From Anaeromyxobacteraceae bacterium (GTDB lineage: Bacteria > Myxococcota > Myxococcia > Myxococcales > Anaeromyxobacteraceae), in the NCBI GenBank assembly GCA_032654565.1, contig JAULAX010000002.1:96001-160000 (forward strand): a stretch of 64,000 nucleotides of DNA. The letters run 5' to 3'. The notes under the pieces were generated by a model. The model was not told the origin of the DNA. It saw nothing but the letters and a program-made list of their open reading frames with translations, and searched no databases. Positions 34,607 through 45,381 of the stretch are shown piece after piece. The position numbers were made by a program, and so were the translations under genes. The first letter of the stretch is position 1. Each line of letters opens with the position of its first letter.

Positions 34607-35749
34607 ATGCCCCACGCCATCCTCTCCCCCGAAGCCCTGCAGCGCGCCCTGGCCCTGCGCGACCTGACCGACCCGGCGCAGGGCCCCCACGCCATGCAGC
34701 TGCTGGTGGCCAGCGCCGTGAAGGCGCTGCGCGACGCCTGGGGCTGCCCGGTCATCGAGGAGCGGGCCGACCCGGTGGTCAGCGTCGCCGACAACTACGA
34801 CCGGCTGCTCTACCCGCCCGGCGGCGCCTCGCGTGACGCCCGCTACACCCGCTACGTGGCCCGCGACCGGCTGCTCCGCACCCAGACCTCGGCGCTGATC
34901 CCGCCGCTGCTGCGCCGCCTCGCCGCCGCCCCGCCCGAGGACGCCCTGCTCTCCTGCCCCGGCCTGGTCTGGCGGCGCGACCGCATCGACCGGCTCCACG
35001 TCGGCGAGCCGCACCAGCTCGACCTCTGGCGCATCCGCCGCGGCGAGGGGCTCGGCTCCACCGAGCTCCGGGAGATGATCGACCTGGTGATGGGGGCGCT
35101 CCTGCCCGGACTACCGGTGAAGACGGTCTCGACCGTCCACCCCTACACGGCCGGCGGCCTGGAGATCCACGTCGAGGTGGACGGCGAGTGGGTGGAGGTG
35201 GCCGAGTGCGGCGTGGCCCACCCGCGCATCCTCGCCGACGCCGGCCTCCCGCCCGAGTGGTCGGGGCTGGCCATGGGGCTGGGGCTCGACCGGGTGCTGA
35301 TGCTGCGCAAGGGGCTCGACGACCTGCGGCTGCTCCGCTCCACCGACCCGCGGGTCACCGCGCAGCTGCTCGACCTGGCGCCGTGGCGGCCGGTCTCCGA
35401 CCAGCCGCCCATCCGCCGCGACCTCTCGCTGGCGGTCCACGACCGGCTGCTGGCCGAGGAGCTGGGCGACCGGGTCCGCGAGGCGCTGGGGGCCCGGGCC
35501 GACGACGTCGAGGCCATCGAGGTCCGCTCCGAGACCACCCACGCGGCGCTGCCCGAGGCGGCCCGCGATCGGCTCGGGCTCTCGCCGGGGCAGAAGAACG
35601 TGCTGGTGCGGCTGACGCTGCGGGCCCTGACCCGCACGCTCACCGACGGCGAGGCCAACCGGCTGCGCGACGAGGTCTACGCCGCGCTCCACGAGGGCTT
35701 CCGCCACGAGTGGGCCTGCGGGGCGCCGCCGGGGCGGCGGGCGGGGTAG
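34607..35749 (+). CDS. Stand-alone PheS-related class II aaRS-like ligase with a C-terminal FDX-ACB domain (resembles the 'PheS-related mystery ligase' SrmL family)
   Basis: LLRTQTSA; motif 2 GLVWRRDRIDRLH..EPHQLD; WVEVAECG; motif 3 GLAMGLGLDRVLM; then PPIRRDLS...RTLTDGEAN (FDX-ACB). Confidence 0.85.
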   Translation: MPHAILSPEALQRALALRDLTDPAQGPHAMQLLVASAVKALRDAWGCPVIEERADPVVSVADNYDRLLYPPGGASRDARYTRYVARDRLLRTQTSALIPPLLRRLAAAPPEDALLSCPGLVWRRDRIDRLHVGEPHQLDLWRIRRGEGLGSTELREMIDLVMGALLPGLPVKTVSTVHPYTAGGLEIHVEVDGEWVEVAECGVAHPRILADAGLPPEWSGLAMGLGLDRVLMLRKGLDDLRLLRSTDPRVTAQLLDLAPWRPVSDQPPIRRDLSLAVHDRLLAEELGDRVREALGARADDVEAIEVRSETTHAALPEAARDRLGLSPGQKNVLVRLTLRALTRTLTDGEANRLRDEVYAALHEGFRHEWACGAPPGRRAG

Positions 35750-35752
35750 GCG
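35525..35752. repeat. 228-bp direct repeat, copy 1 (3' end of the PheRS-like gene)
   Basis: Identical to 36996-37223 except for two synonymous changes (ctc/ctg, ggg/ggc). Confidence 0.95.
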
Positions 35753-35827
35753 GAGGGCGCCGGGACCGGCCGGGGGCGGGACCTGGGACAGGCGCTCCCC
35801 GTCGCTGGCGAGGCGGGTGAGGGGCTG

Positions 35828-35970
35828 GTGACGCGTGCGGCGCTCAGCCTGCACTCGATGGCGGTCCCTCGTTCGCGAGTCCTGACGTCGGGACTCGCGA
35901 ATGGGGGAGGCGGTCCGGGCGCGGACTCAGGGGCGCTCTGGGCGCCCGCGGTGACCCGGAGTCCCTGTCG
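35828..35970. repeat. About 143-bp imperfect direct repeat, copy 1, with an internal palindrome
   Basis: Aligns without gaps to 36720-36862; palindrome ttcgcgagtcc-tgacgtcg-ggactcgcgaa at 35872-35901. Confidence 0.85.
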
Positions 35971-36127
35971 GTCGACCCGGGGCCGCCTCCCCTTGCCCGG
36001 AGCGACGCAGCTGCAGGACCGACTCGCGCACCTGCTCGGCCATGCGGACCTTCTCCGGCCAGGTCAGCGCCTGTCGAGTCCGTTGCCAGCGGGCCTGGCG
36101 CTCCAGCAGCGGCGTGACGTCACTCAC
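35927..36127 (-). CDS. Small helical protein coupled to the nucleotidyltransferase gene
   Basis: GTG start overlaps the NTase gene end; SDVTPLLERQARWQRTRQALTWPEKVRM. Confidence 0.55.
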   Translation of the reverse strand: MSDVTPLLERQARWQRTRQALTWPEKVRMAEQVRESVLQLRRSGQGEAAPGRPTGTPGHRGRPERP

Positions 36128-36635
36128 GGGGGAACCTCCCCTCGAACCGCTCCCAGGCCCCGGCCAGGCCGTGCCGGGTGGCGAGCCGCTCGAGCTCGTC
36201 GCGGGTGACGCTCCCTGACTCCAGCAGCGCCAGGACACGGGCGAAGTCCTTGGCCCGCCCCACGCTCAGCGCGATGACGGCGAGGTGGGTCGCCCTGACG
36301 ACACGGAGAGGCACGCCATCGAAGTCGGCGATCTCGGCCAGCTCCATCGCCTCCCGGGTGAGCGGAGAGAAGACCGGCACGAACTGGACGGGCCACGAGC
36401 CGACCCGGATCGCCTCGCCCTCCGCAGGGTGGCCCCGGGCGGCGCAGAAGGCGTAGATGCCGCCAAGCACTTCGAGGCGGTCGGGCTGCGCCACGGCCAC
36501 CAGCACGTCGGCGTCGAGAGTGGCCACGGCCTCCGTGTACCGCATCTGGGCCATGGCTCCGAACAGGGCGTACCCCTGGACCAGCCCGCTGGACTGGAGC
36601 TCGTTGAGCAGCTGGGCCACGGCCTTCATCGGCAC
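36120..36635 (-). CDS. Nucleotidyltransferase-fold protein (MNT/AbiEii-like)
   Basis: YALFGAMAQMRY...TLDADVLV (G-x(n)-DxD pattern) and C-terminal GRAKD motif. Confidence 0.75.
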   Translation of the reverse strand: MPMKAVAQLLNELQSSGLVQGYALFGAMAQMRYTEAVATLDADVLVAVAQPDRLEVLGGIYAFCAARGHPAEGEAIRVGSWPVQFVPVFSPLTREAMELAEIADFDGVPLRVVRATHLAVIALSVGRAKDFARVLALLESGSVTRDELERLATRHGLAGAWERFEGRFPRE

Positions 36636-36719
36636 AGCCTAGCGAGCCGAAGGCGTGGCGTACAGGGCGCGGCGGACCGTGGCGCCGGCGCTACGGGTCA
36701 GGGCCAGATCGGCGGGGGA

Positions 36720-36862
36720 GTGATGCGTGCGGCGCTCACCGAGTACCCGAAGGTGATCCCTCTTTCGCGAGTTCTGACGTCAGACTTCGCGAATGGGGGA
36801 GGCGGTCAGGGAACCGACTCGGGGTCCATTTGGACCACCAAGCTGACTGCCGATCCTTGTCG
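36720..36862. repeat. About 143-bp imperfect direct repeat, copy 2
   Basis: gtgatgcgtgcggcgctca...ttcgcgagttctgacgtcagacttcgcgaatgggggaggcggtc. Confidence 0.85.
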
Positions 36863-36995
36863 CCAAGCATGTTCAATCCAAGGAAAGTCCGAAACCAACG
36901 CTCAAACGCACTCAAGGGTCAGGTCCTATGGAACGCAGGCGGCTTGTCCCCGGTAGACCTTGAAGTTTGACCATCCCCTGCCTGACAGGGGATTG

Positions 36996-37223
36996 CGCTC
37001 CGAGACCACCCACGCGGCGCTGCCCGAGGCGGCCCGCGATCGGCTCGGGCTGTCGCCGGGCCAGAAGAACGTGCTGGTGCGGCTGACGCTGCGGGCCCTG
37101 ACCCGCACGCTCACCGACGGCGAGGCCAACCGGCTGCGCGACGAGGTCTACGCCGCGCTCCACGAGGGCTTCCGCCACGAGTGGGCCTGCGGGGCGCCGC
37201 CGGGGCGGCGGGCGGGGTAGGCG
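36996..37223 (+). pseudogene. Displaced duplicate of the 3' end (FDX-ACB part) of the PheRS-like gene; 228-bp repeat, copy 2
   Basis: Encodes RSETTHAALPEA...GRRAG*, identical to the C-terminus of the intact gene. Confidence 0.9.
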
Positions 37224-37263
37224 CGGGGCGCTTGGACCCCCGTCATCGCCGCCTCGCGCCGCT

Positions 37264-37839
37264 TCAGCCGGCCCGGCTGCGGCGGGTGTTCCGCTCCACC
37301 GCCCAGAGGGCGCTGGCCTGCTCGGCGATGAAGTAGAAGAACGCCAGCACGGCGAAGCCGTAGCCGAACCCGAGGGCGATGGCCAGCAGGCCGTCGGTGG
37401 GCCTGGCCAGCCAGAACGGCCCGAAGATCCGCTGCGCCGCCCACCCCTCGTTGAGCCAGCCGAGCAGGGCGATGGCGACGCCACCGATCACCTGGGCCGC
37501 CCCGAGCACCTCGCCCAGGGCCCGCAGCGCGATCGCCACCATGGGGGTGACGATCCCCTCCGCCTCGGTCACCGCCTCGGCGTCCTCGGCGCGCAGCCAG
37601 AGCACGTTGACCGCCACCAGCCCGAGGGCCAGCACCAGCAGCTGGGTCAGGGCCAGGGCGAGGAAGCCATTGAAGGCCATCTCGCGGCTGACGGTCCGCC
37701 AGAGCAGGTAGGAGCCGTAGAGCGCGCCGAGCGCGGAGAGGACGGCGCAGCCCCGGAAGAAGACGGGGAAGGCGGCGCGGAAGAACTTCCCGTCGCCGAC
37801 GCGGCGCAGGAACGGGGTGAGGACGAGGAAGGGGGGCAT
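37264..37839 (-). CDS. Hypothetical membrane protein (about 4 TM helices)
   Basis: MPPFLVLTPF start with AAGGAG RBS; hydrophobic segments; ends FIAEQASALWAVERNT. Confidence 0.75.
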   Translation of the reverse strand: MPPFLVLTPFLRRVGDGKFFRAAFPVFFRGCAVLSALGALYGSYLLWRTVSREMAFNGFLALALTQLLVLALGLVAVNVLWLRAEDAEAVTEAEGIVTPMVAIALRALGEVLGAAQVIGGVAIALLGWLNEGWAAQRIFGPFWLARPTDGLLAIALGFGYGFAVLAFFYFIAEQASALWAVERNTRRSRAG

Positions 37840-37925
37840 GCCGGCTCCTTGGGGGCGGGTGGGAGGAGGCCCCGACCGGCGGTTGTACAGCGTCGGCGCC
37901 CGTCCCGGGACCTTTTCCCCGCCCC

Positions 37926-39635
37926 CTACTGGCAGCTCGGCTCGCCCTCGTAGATCCGGAACTCGCGCCAGAGGACGTTGGAGGGCTTGTAGGACGCGCC
38001 GTAGCCCGAGAGCACGATGTCCGCCCCGGCCAGATCGCAGGCGCCGACCTCGAAGGTCACCGGGGCGCCGTCGAGCAGCACCCGGGTCCAGCAGCCGCTG
38101 CGCGACCCCTCGATCCGCAGGGTGTGCCACCGGCCGGAGATGGTGCCCGGCAGCGTCCCCTTGGCCACCACCGAGGTGGTGTTGATGCCGCCGACGATGC
38201 CCCACTGGTAGCTGACGGCGCTGTTGGGCGACTCGGTCAGCGAGATGCCGCGGCCGTGCAGCAGGTCGCTCGAGGTGTGGTCCAGGCCGCCGCCGGGATC
38301 CCCGTAGACGTGCAGCCCCACGCCGATCAGCTGGCCCGCCGCCGCGGGCGCGAAGAAGCTCGCCTCCACCGCGAAGACGTCGGGACGCCTCGGGCCGGCC
38401 GGGACCAGCAGCTGGTTCCAGTCGGAGCCCTGCCACCAGGCGCCGCGCTGCTCGTGCGTCACCATCTCCTGCTTCTGGAAGTCGCCGTTGCGCCAGCGCA
38501 GCCCCGGGATGGGCGCGTCGAAGTCGCTGCGCCCCACCGTCTTCCAGGTGCATGGGACCATCGTCGAGGTGGCCGCCAGCGCCAGCGGCGCCGACCTCCC
38601 GGTGCCGGCCGCTCCCGCCCCTCGCCACCAGAGCGCCGCCGGCGCGCCCAGCCCCACCGCCACCAGCACCCCGGCCACCGCCCCGGCCAGCAGCCAGCGG
38701 ACCCGCGGCCCACGCCGCACCCGCGCCGCGCGCGCCCGGCTGGCCTCGCCCCGCGGCAGCGCCGCCTCGAGCTCGACCAGCGCCTCCAGCACCACCCCGG
38801 CGTCGCGGGGGCGCTCGGTGGGCGACCGCGCCAGCATCGCCTCCACCAGCAGCCCGAGCGTCGGGGCGGCCGCCACCTCCAGCCCGCGCGAGATCGAGCG
38901 CGGCTTGCCCGTGGGATCGACGTCCACCGGCCCCACGCCGGTGAGCATCTTGAAGAGCAGCGCCCCGAGCGCGTAGACGTCGGTCCGCTCGTCCTCCGGC
39001 GCACCGTCGGCCTGCTCCGGAGCCATGAAGGCCGGGGTCCCGCCCTCCAGCTTGCGCCGCCCCAGCGCCGCCGCCATGCCCAGGTCGAGCAGCTTCACCT
39101 GGCCGTCCTCGCAGAGCTGCACGTTGTTGGGCGTCAGGTCGCGGTGGACCACGCCGTGGGCGTGGGCATGGGCCAGCCCGCGGGCCAGGGCGATGGCGAT
39201 CCGCAGCCCCTCGCGCAGCGGCAGCGCCCCCTCGAGGAGCCGCTGCGCCAGCGTGGTCCCGGTGAGAAACTCCTGGACCAGGTAGACGCCCCGGTCGCTG
39301 CGGCCGACGTCGAGCACGGTGACGATGTTGGGGTGGGAGAGCCGCGCCGCCACCTCGGCCTCGGCCAGCAGCCGCTTCTCCCGCGCCACCTCGCCGCGCC
39401 CGCGCAGCGCCTTGAAGGCGACGGTCCGGCCGAGATCGCGGTCGCGCGCCTCCCAGACCACGCCGAAGCCGCCGCGCCCCACCTCGCGCAGCAGCTCGTA
39501 CCGGCCGATCACCGTGCCGGTCCGCATCCCGTCGGTCCAGGAGCCCTCCGCCGACGGCGGCGCCTGGCCGCGCACCACCGCCTCGATGAGCGAGGTCAGC
39601 GTGCCCGGACCGGCGCTCGGATCCTCCCGGCTCAC
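37926..39635 (-). CDS. Membrane-anchored Ser/Thr protein kinase with a ConA-like extracellular domain
   Basis: [28 protein letters not shown] and [11 protein letters not shown] helix; WHTLRIEG...VLLDG. Confidence 0.88.
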   Translation of the reverse strand: MSREDPSAGPGTLTSLIEAVVRGQAPPSAEGSWTDGMRTGTVIGRYELLREVGRGGFGVVWEARDRDLGRTVAFKALRGRGEVAREKRLLAEAEVAARLSHPNIVTVLDVGRSDRGVYLVQEFLTGTTLAQRLLEGALPLREGLRIAIALARGLAHAHAHGVVHRDLTPNNVQLCEDGQVKLLDLGMAAALGRRKLEGGTPAFMAPEQADGAPEDERTDVYALGALLFKMLTGVGPVDVDPTGKPRSISRGLEVAAAPTLGLLVEAMLARSPTERPRDAGVVLEALVELEAALPRGEASRARAARVRRGPRVRWLLAGAVAGVLVAVGLGAPAALWWRGAGAAGTGRSAPLALAATSTMVPCTWKTVGRSDFDAPIPGLRWRNGDFQKQEMVTHEQRGAWWQGSDWNQLLVPAGPRRPDVFAVEASFFAPAAAGQLIGVGLHVYGDPGGGLDHTSSDLLHGRGISLTESPNSAVSYQWGIVGGINTTSVVAKGTLPGTISGRWHTLRIEGSRSGCWTRVLLDGAPVTFEVGACDLAGADIVLSGYGASYKPSNVLWREFRIYEGEPSCQ

Positions 39636-39876
39636 CCGGCCACCCCGTCCCAGAGTAATTGGCGGATCGTCGATCCCAGTGATTTCAATGGGTTCAGCCT
39701 CTCCGCGCCTGCGTCATTCCGCACCGATAGCCGCCTGACCGTCACCCCGCCATTCTACCAGAGCCGCGCCCCATTCGGAGCGTGCCACCCGAAGTCGCAT
39801 CCACCGTCCGCCCCGGTCACTAGGATGGCCGCTCCGGTCCAGGCTTCCCCAACCCGCACCCTCCGTGAGGCATCAC

Positions 39877-40398
39877 ATGATCGATCACGTCACGCTGCGC
39901 GTCCGCGACCTCGCCGCCGCCAGGGCCTTCTACACGGCCGCCCTCGCGCCGCTCGGCTACACGATCGGCAAGGAGTACCCCGGGGCCATCGGCCTCGGCG
40001 TCGGCGGCACCCTCGACTTCTGGCTGGCCCCCGACCCCGACGCGCGGCCGCAGCACCTCGCCTTCACCGCCCCCGACCGCGCCGCCGCCACCGCCTTCCA
40101 CGCCGCGGCGCTGGCCGCCGGCGGCACCGACAACGGCCCGCCCGGGCTGCGCCTCGACTACCACCCCCACTACTTCGCCGCCTTCGCCTTCGACCCCTCC
40201 GGCCACAACGTCGAGGTGGTCTGCCACCGCCCGCCCCAGGCCGCCCGGCCGAAGAAGAAGGCAAAGGCGAAGCGGCCGGCCGCCCGGCGCATCGCCAAGG
40301 GGCCGAAGGGCGTGGCCCGCAAGACGATCGCCAAGGGGCCCAAGGGGCTCGCCGGCACGCAGAAGAAGAAGCGGATGGCCAAGGGACCGAAGGGGTAG
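39877..40398 (+). CDS. VOC/glyoxalase-family protein with a Lys-rich C-terminal tail
   Basis: MIDHVTLRV, HLAF, GGTDNGPPGLR and DPSGHNVEVV. Confidence 0.9.
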   Translation: MIDHVTLRVRDLAAARAFYTAALAPLGYTIGKEYPGAIGLGVGGTLDFWLAPDPDARPQHLAFTAPDRAAATAFHAAALAAGGTDNGPPGLRLDYHPHYFAAFAFDPSGHNVEVVCHRPPQAARPKKKAKAKRPAARRIAKGPKGVARKTIAKGPKGLAGTQKKKRMAKGPKG

Positions 40399-40521
40399 CC
40401 GGCCACCGGCGGGGGACGAGGAGCGGCGGGCGCCATCCGGCCTTGAAGGGTCAGACCGGGCTGCTATGACCCTGCCTCGCGCGCAGCCGCAGCAGCCCTC
40501 CCGCCGCCGTCAAGAAGGTCC

Positions 40522-44160
<3,639 letters not shown>

Positions 44161-44306
44161 GGGCGCCGGGGGGAGAGCGACGACCCTGGGTAAGTGAACT
44201 TTCCTTGTAGTGCCGCGGACTTAGCCCCAAAGAGTGACCTCCCCCCGGTTCTGCTGGTATCATGCGACGGGGTCTCCGCTCTGGAGACGCAGAAGAGGGG
44301 GAGCAC

Positions 44307-44834
44307 ATGATGCGCGCCAACATCCGCGTGCCGGCACCGAGGGGCGCGGCGGCTCACGCGGAGCTCGGTGGCCAGCTGCACTGTGACCGCCAGGCCGAGG
44401 AGATGCTCAAGGTCTTCTTCCCGCAGGCCTCGGACGGCAACGTCCTGCCGCCGGAGCTGAAGGGGCTCACCGACGGGGCCCAGGTCGGCCCGCCCGGAGT
44501 CCGCCGGACCCTGGTGATGGAGGGGCACGGGGAGCGGCTGCGCATCGAGGTGACGGCGGTGGGCAAGGGCAAGACCCAGCTCCACCTCTGGCGCGAGCCC
44601 ATCCCGGAGCTGACCCCGTCGAGCGGCGACGCCCCGGCGCCGCCCTCGGCCGACGGCCTCACCCAGCGCGAGCGCGAGGTGGCGCTGCTGGTCGCCGACG
44701 GCCTGCGCTCACGCGAGGTGGCCGAGCGGCTCGGCATCGCCTCGCAGACGGTGAAGAGCCACCTCAAGACCATCTTCGACAAGCTGGGCGTCCGCAACCG
44801 GGTCGAGCTGGCGCGGCGGCTGGTCCAGCACTAA
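44307..44834 (+). CDS. LuxR-type helix-turn-helix transcriptional regulator
   Basis: LTQREREVALLVADGLRSREVAERLGIASQTVKSHLKTIFDKLGV. Confidence 0.9.
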   Translation: MMRANIRVPAPRGAAAHAELGGQLHCDRQAEEMLKVFFPQASDGNVLPPELKGLTDGAQVGPPGVRRTLVMEGHGERLRIEVTAVGKGKTQLHLWREPIPELTPSSGDAPAPPSADGLTQREREVALLVADGLRSREVAERLGIASQTVKSHLKTIFDKLGVRNRVELARRLVQH

Positions 44835-44887
44835 GCCGGTTCGTTCGCCGCACGGCGGGTTGGAGTTTCGCTCGGCGGGTTCGCGCC

Positions 44888-45035
44888 GGGTCGGACCGTC
44901 GCTCCGGGGCTTCGCGGGGTTCGACGCGGGTCCGACCGTCGCTCCGGGCTCCGCGGGGTTCGACGCGGGGCCGACCGTCGCTCCGGGACTTCGCGGAGTT
45001 CGACGCGGGTCCGACCGTCGCTCCGGGGCTCCGCC
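44888..45035. repeat. Tandem array of about 3.7 copies of a 39-40-bp unit
   Basis: Approximate unit gggtccgaccgtcgctccggggcttcgcggggttcgacgc, starting at 44888, 44928, 44967 and 45007; no spacers. Confidence 0.9.
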
Positions 45036-45045
45036 GGGCCCGGGT

Positions 45046-45120
45046 CGCTCGTCGCGCCTGCGGCGCGCCTTCTCGCCAGCGGCGATTCCGCCTGGGCGAT
45101 CGGATGGGGGCTGCGAAGCT
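45046..45120. repeat. REP/MITE-like inverted arm (left), interrupted by the IS
   Basis: 45046-45079 is the exact reverse complement of 46686-46719; the inner ggctgcgaagct also matches. Confidence 0.85.
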
Positions 45121-45164
45121 TCCATGGAGAGGTCGCTCGCGTCAATCGGGCATCGTTTCTTCTC

Positions 45165-45335
45165 GGTAGTCGGATCCGCTGCCTTGCTTCCATTCGCACT
45201 CGATCGAGGCGGTGCACGCCTCCGGTGCATGCTGGGGTCCGCCCGTCAGGCGCTGCCATCTCGCGCACGAGGTTGAGCCGAGCGCTCAACTGCCTCAAGT
45301 TTCGCAGCGCAGTCGCCTGGACGGGACAGTCGGGT
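45165..45335 (-). ncRNA. Putative bridge RNA/seekRNA of the IS1111-type element (boundaries approximate)
   Basis: Two stem-internal-loop modules. Loop segments GCUGCGAAACU and GCGCGAG match the target flanks; AUGGAAG matches the donor junction. Confidence 0.75.
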
Positions 45336-45381
45336 CCGGTACCGAAGCCTGGCCCTCCTTTTCAGTTGGGGTGGAGTGAGG

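Noticed and set aside
35902..35935. Functional tmRNA or tRNA gene
   Set aside because: Only a short degenerate 3'-end-like segment is present; kept as a possible att remnant only.
35828..36862. Integron attC sites
   Set aside because: No RYYYAAC/GTTRRRY boxes were found at the repeat ends, and there is no integron integrase in the window.
36960..37220. Independent 86-aa FDX-ACB gene
   Set aside because: The TTG start comes from unrelated junction sequence with no RBS; it is better explained as a duplicated fragment.
44911..45006. GTTCGA T-loop-like motifs suggesting tRNA genes
   Set aside because: No cloverleaf, acceptor stem or anticodon arm; the motif is simply part of the tandem unit.
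44888..45035. Possible CRISPR array
   Set aside because: The units are contiguous with no unique spacers, and there are no cas genes in the window.
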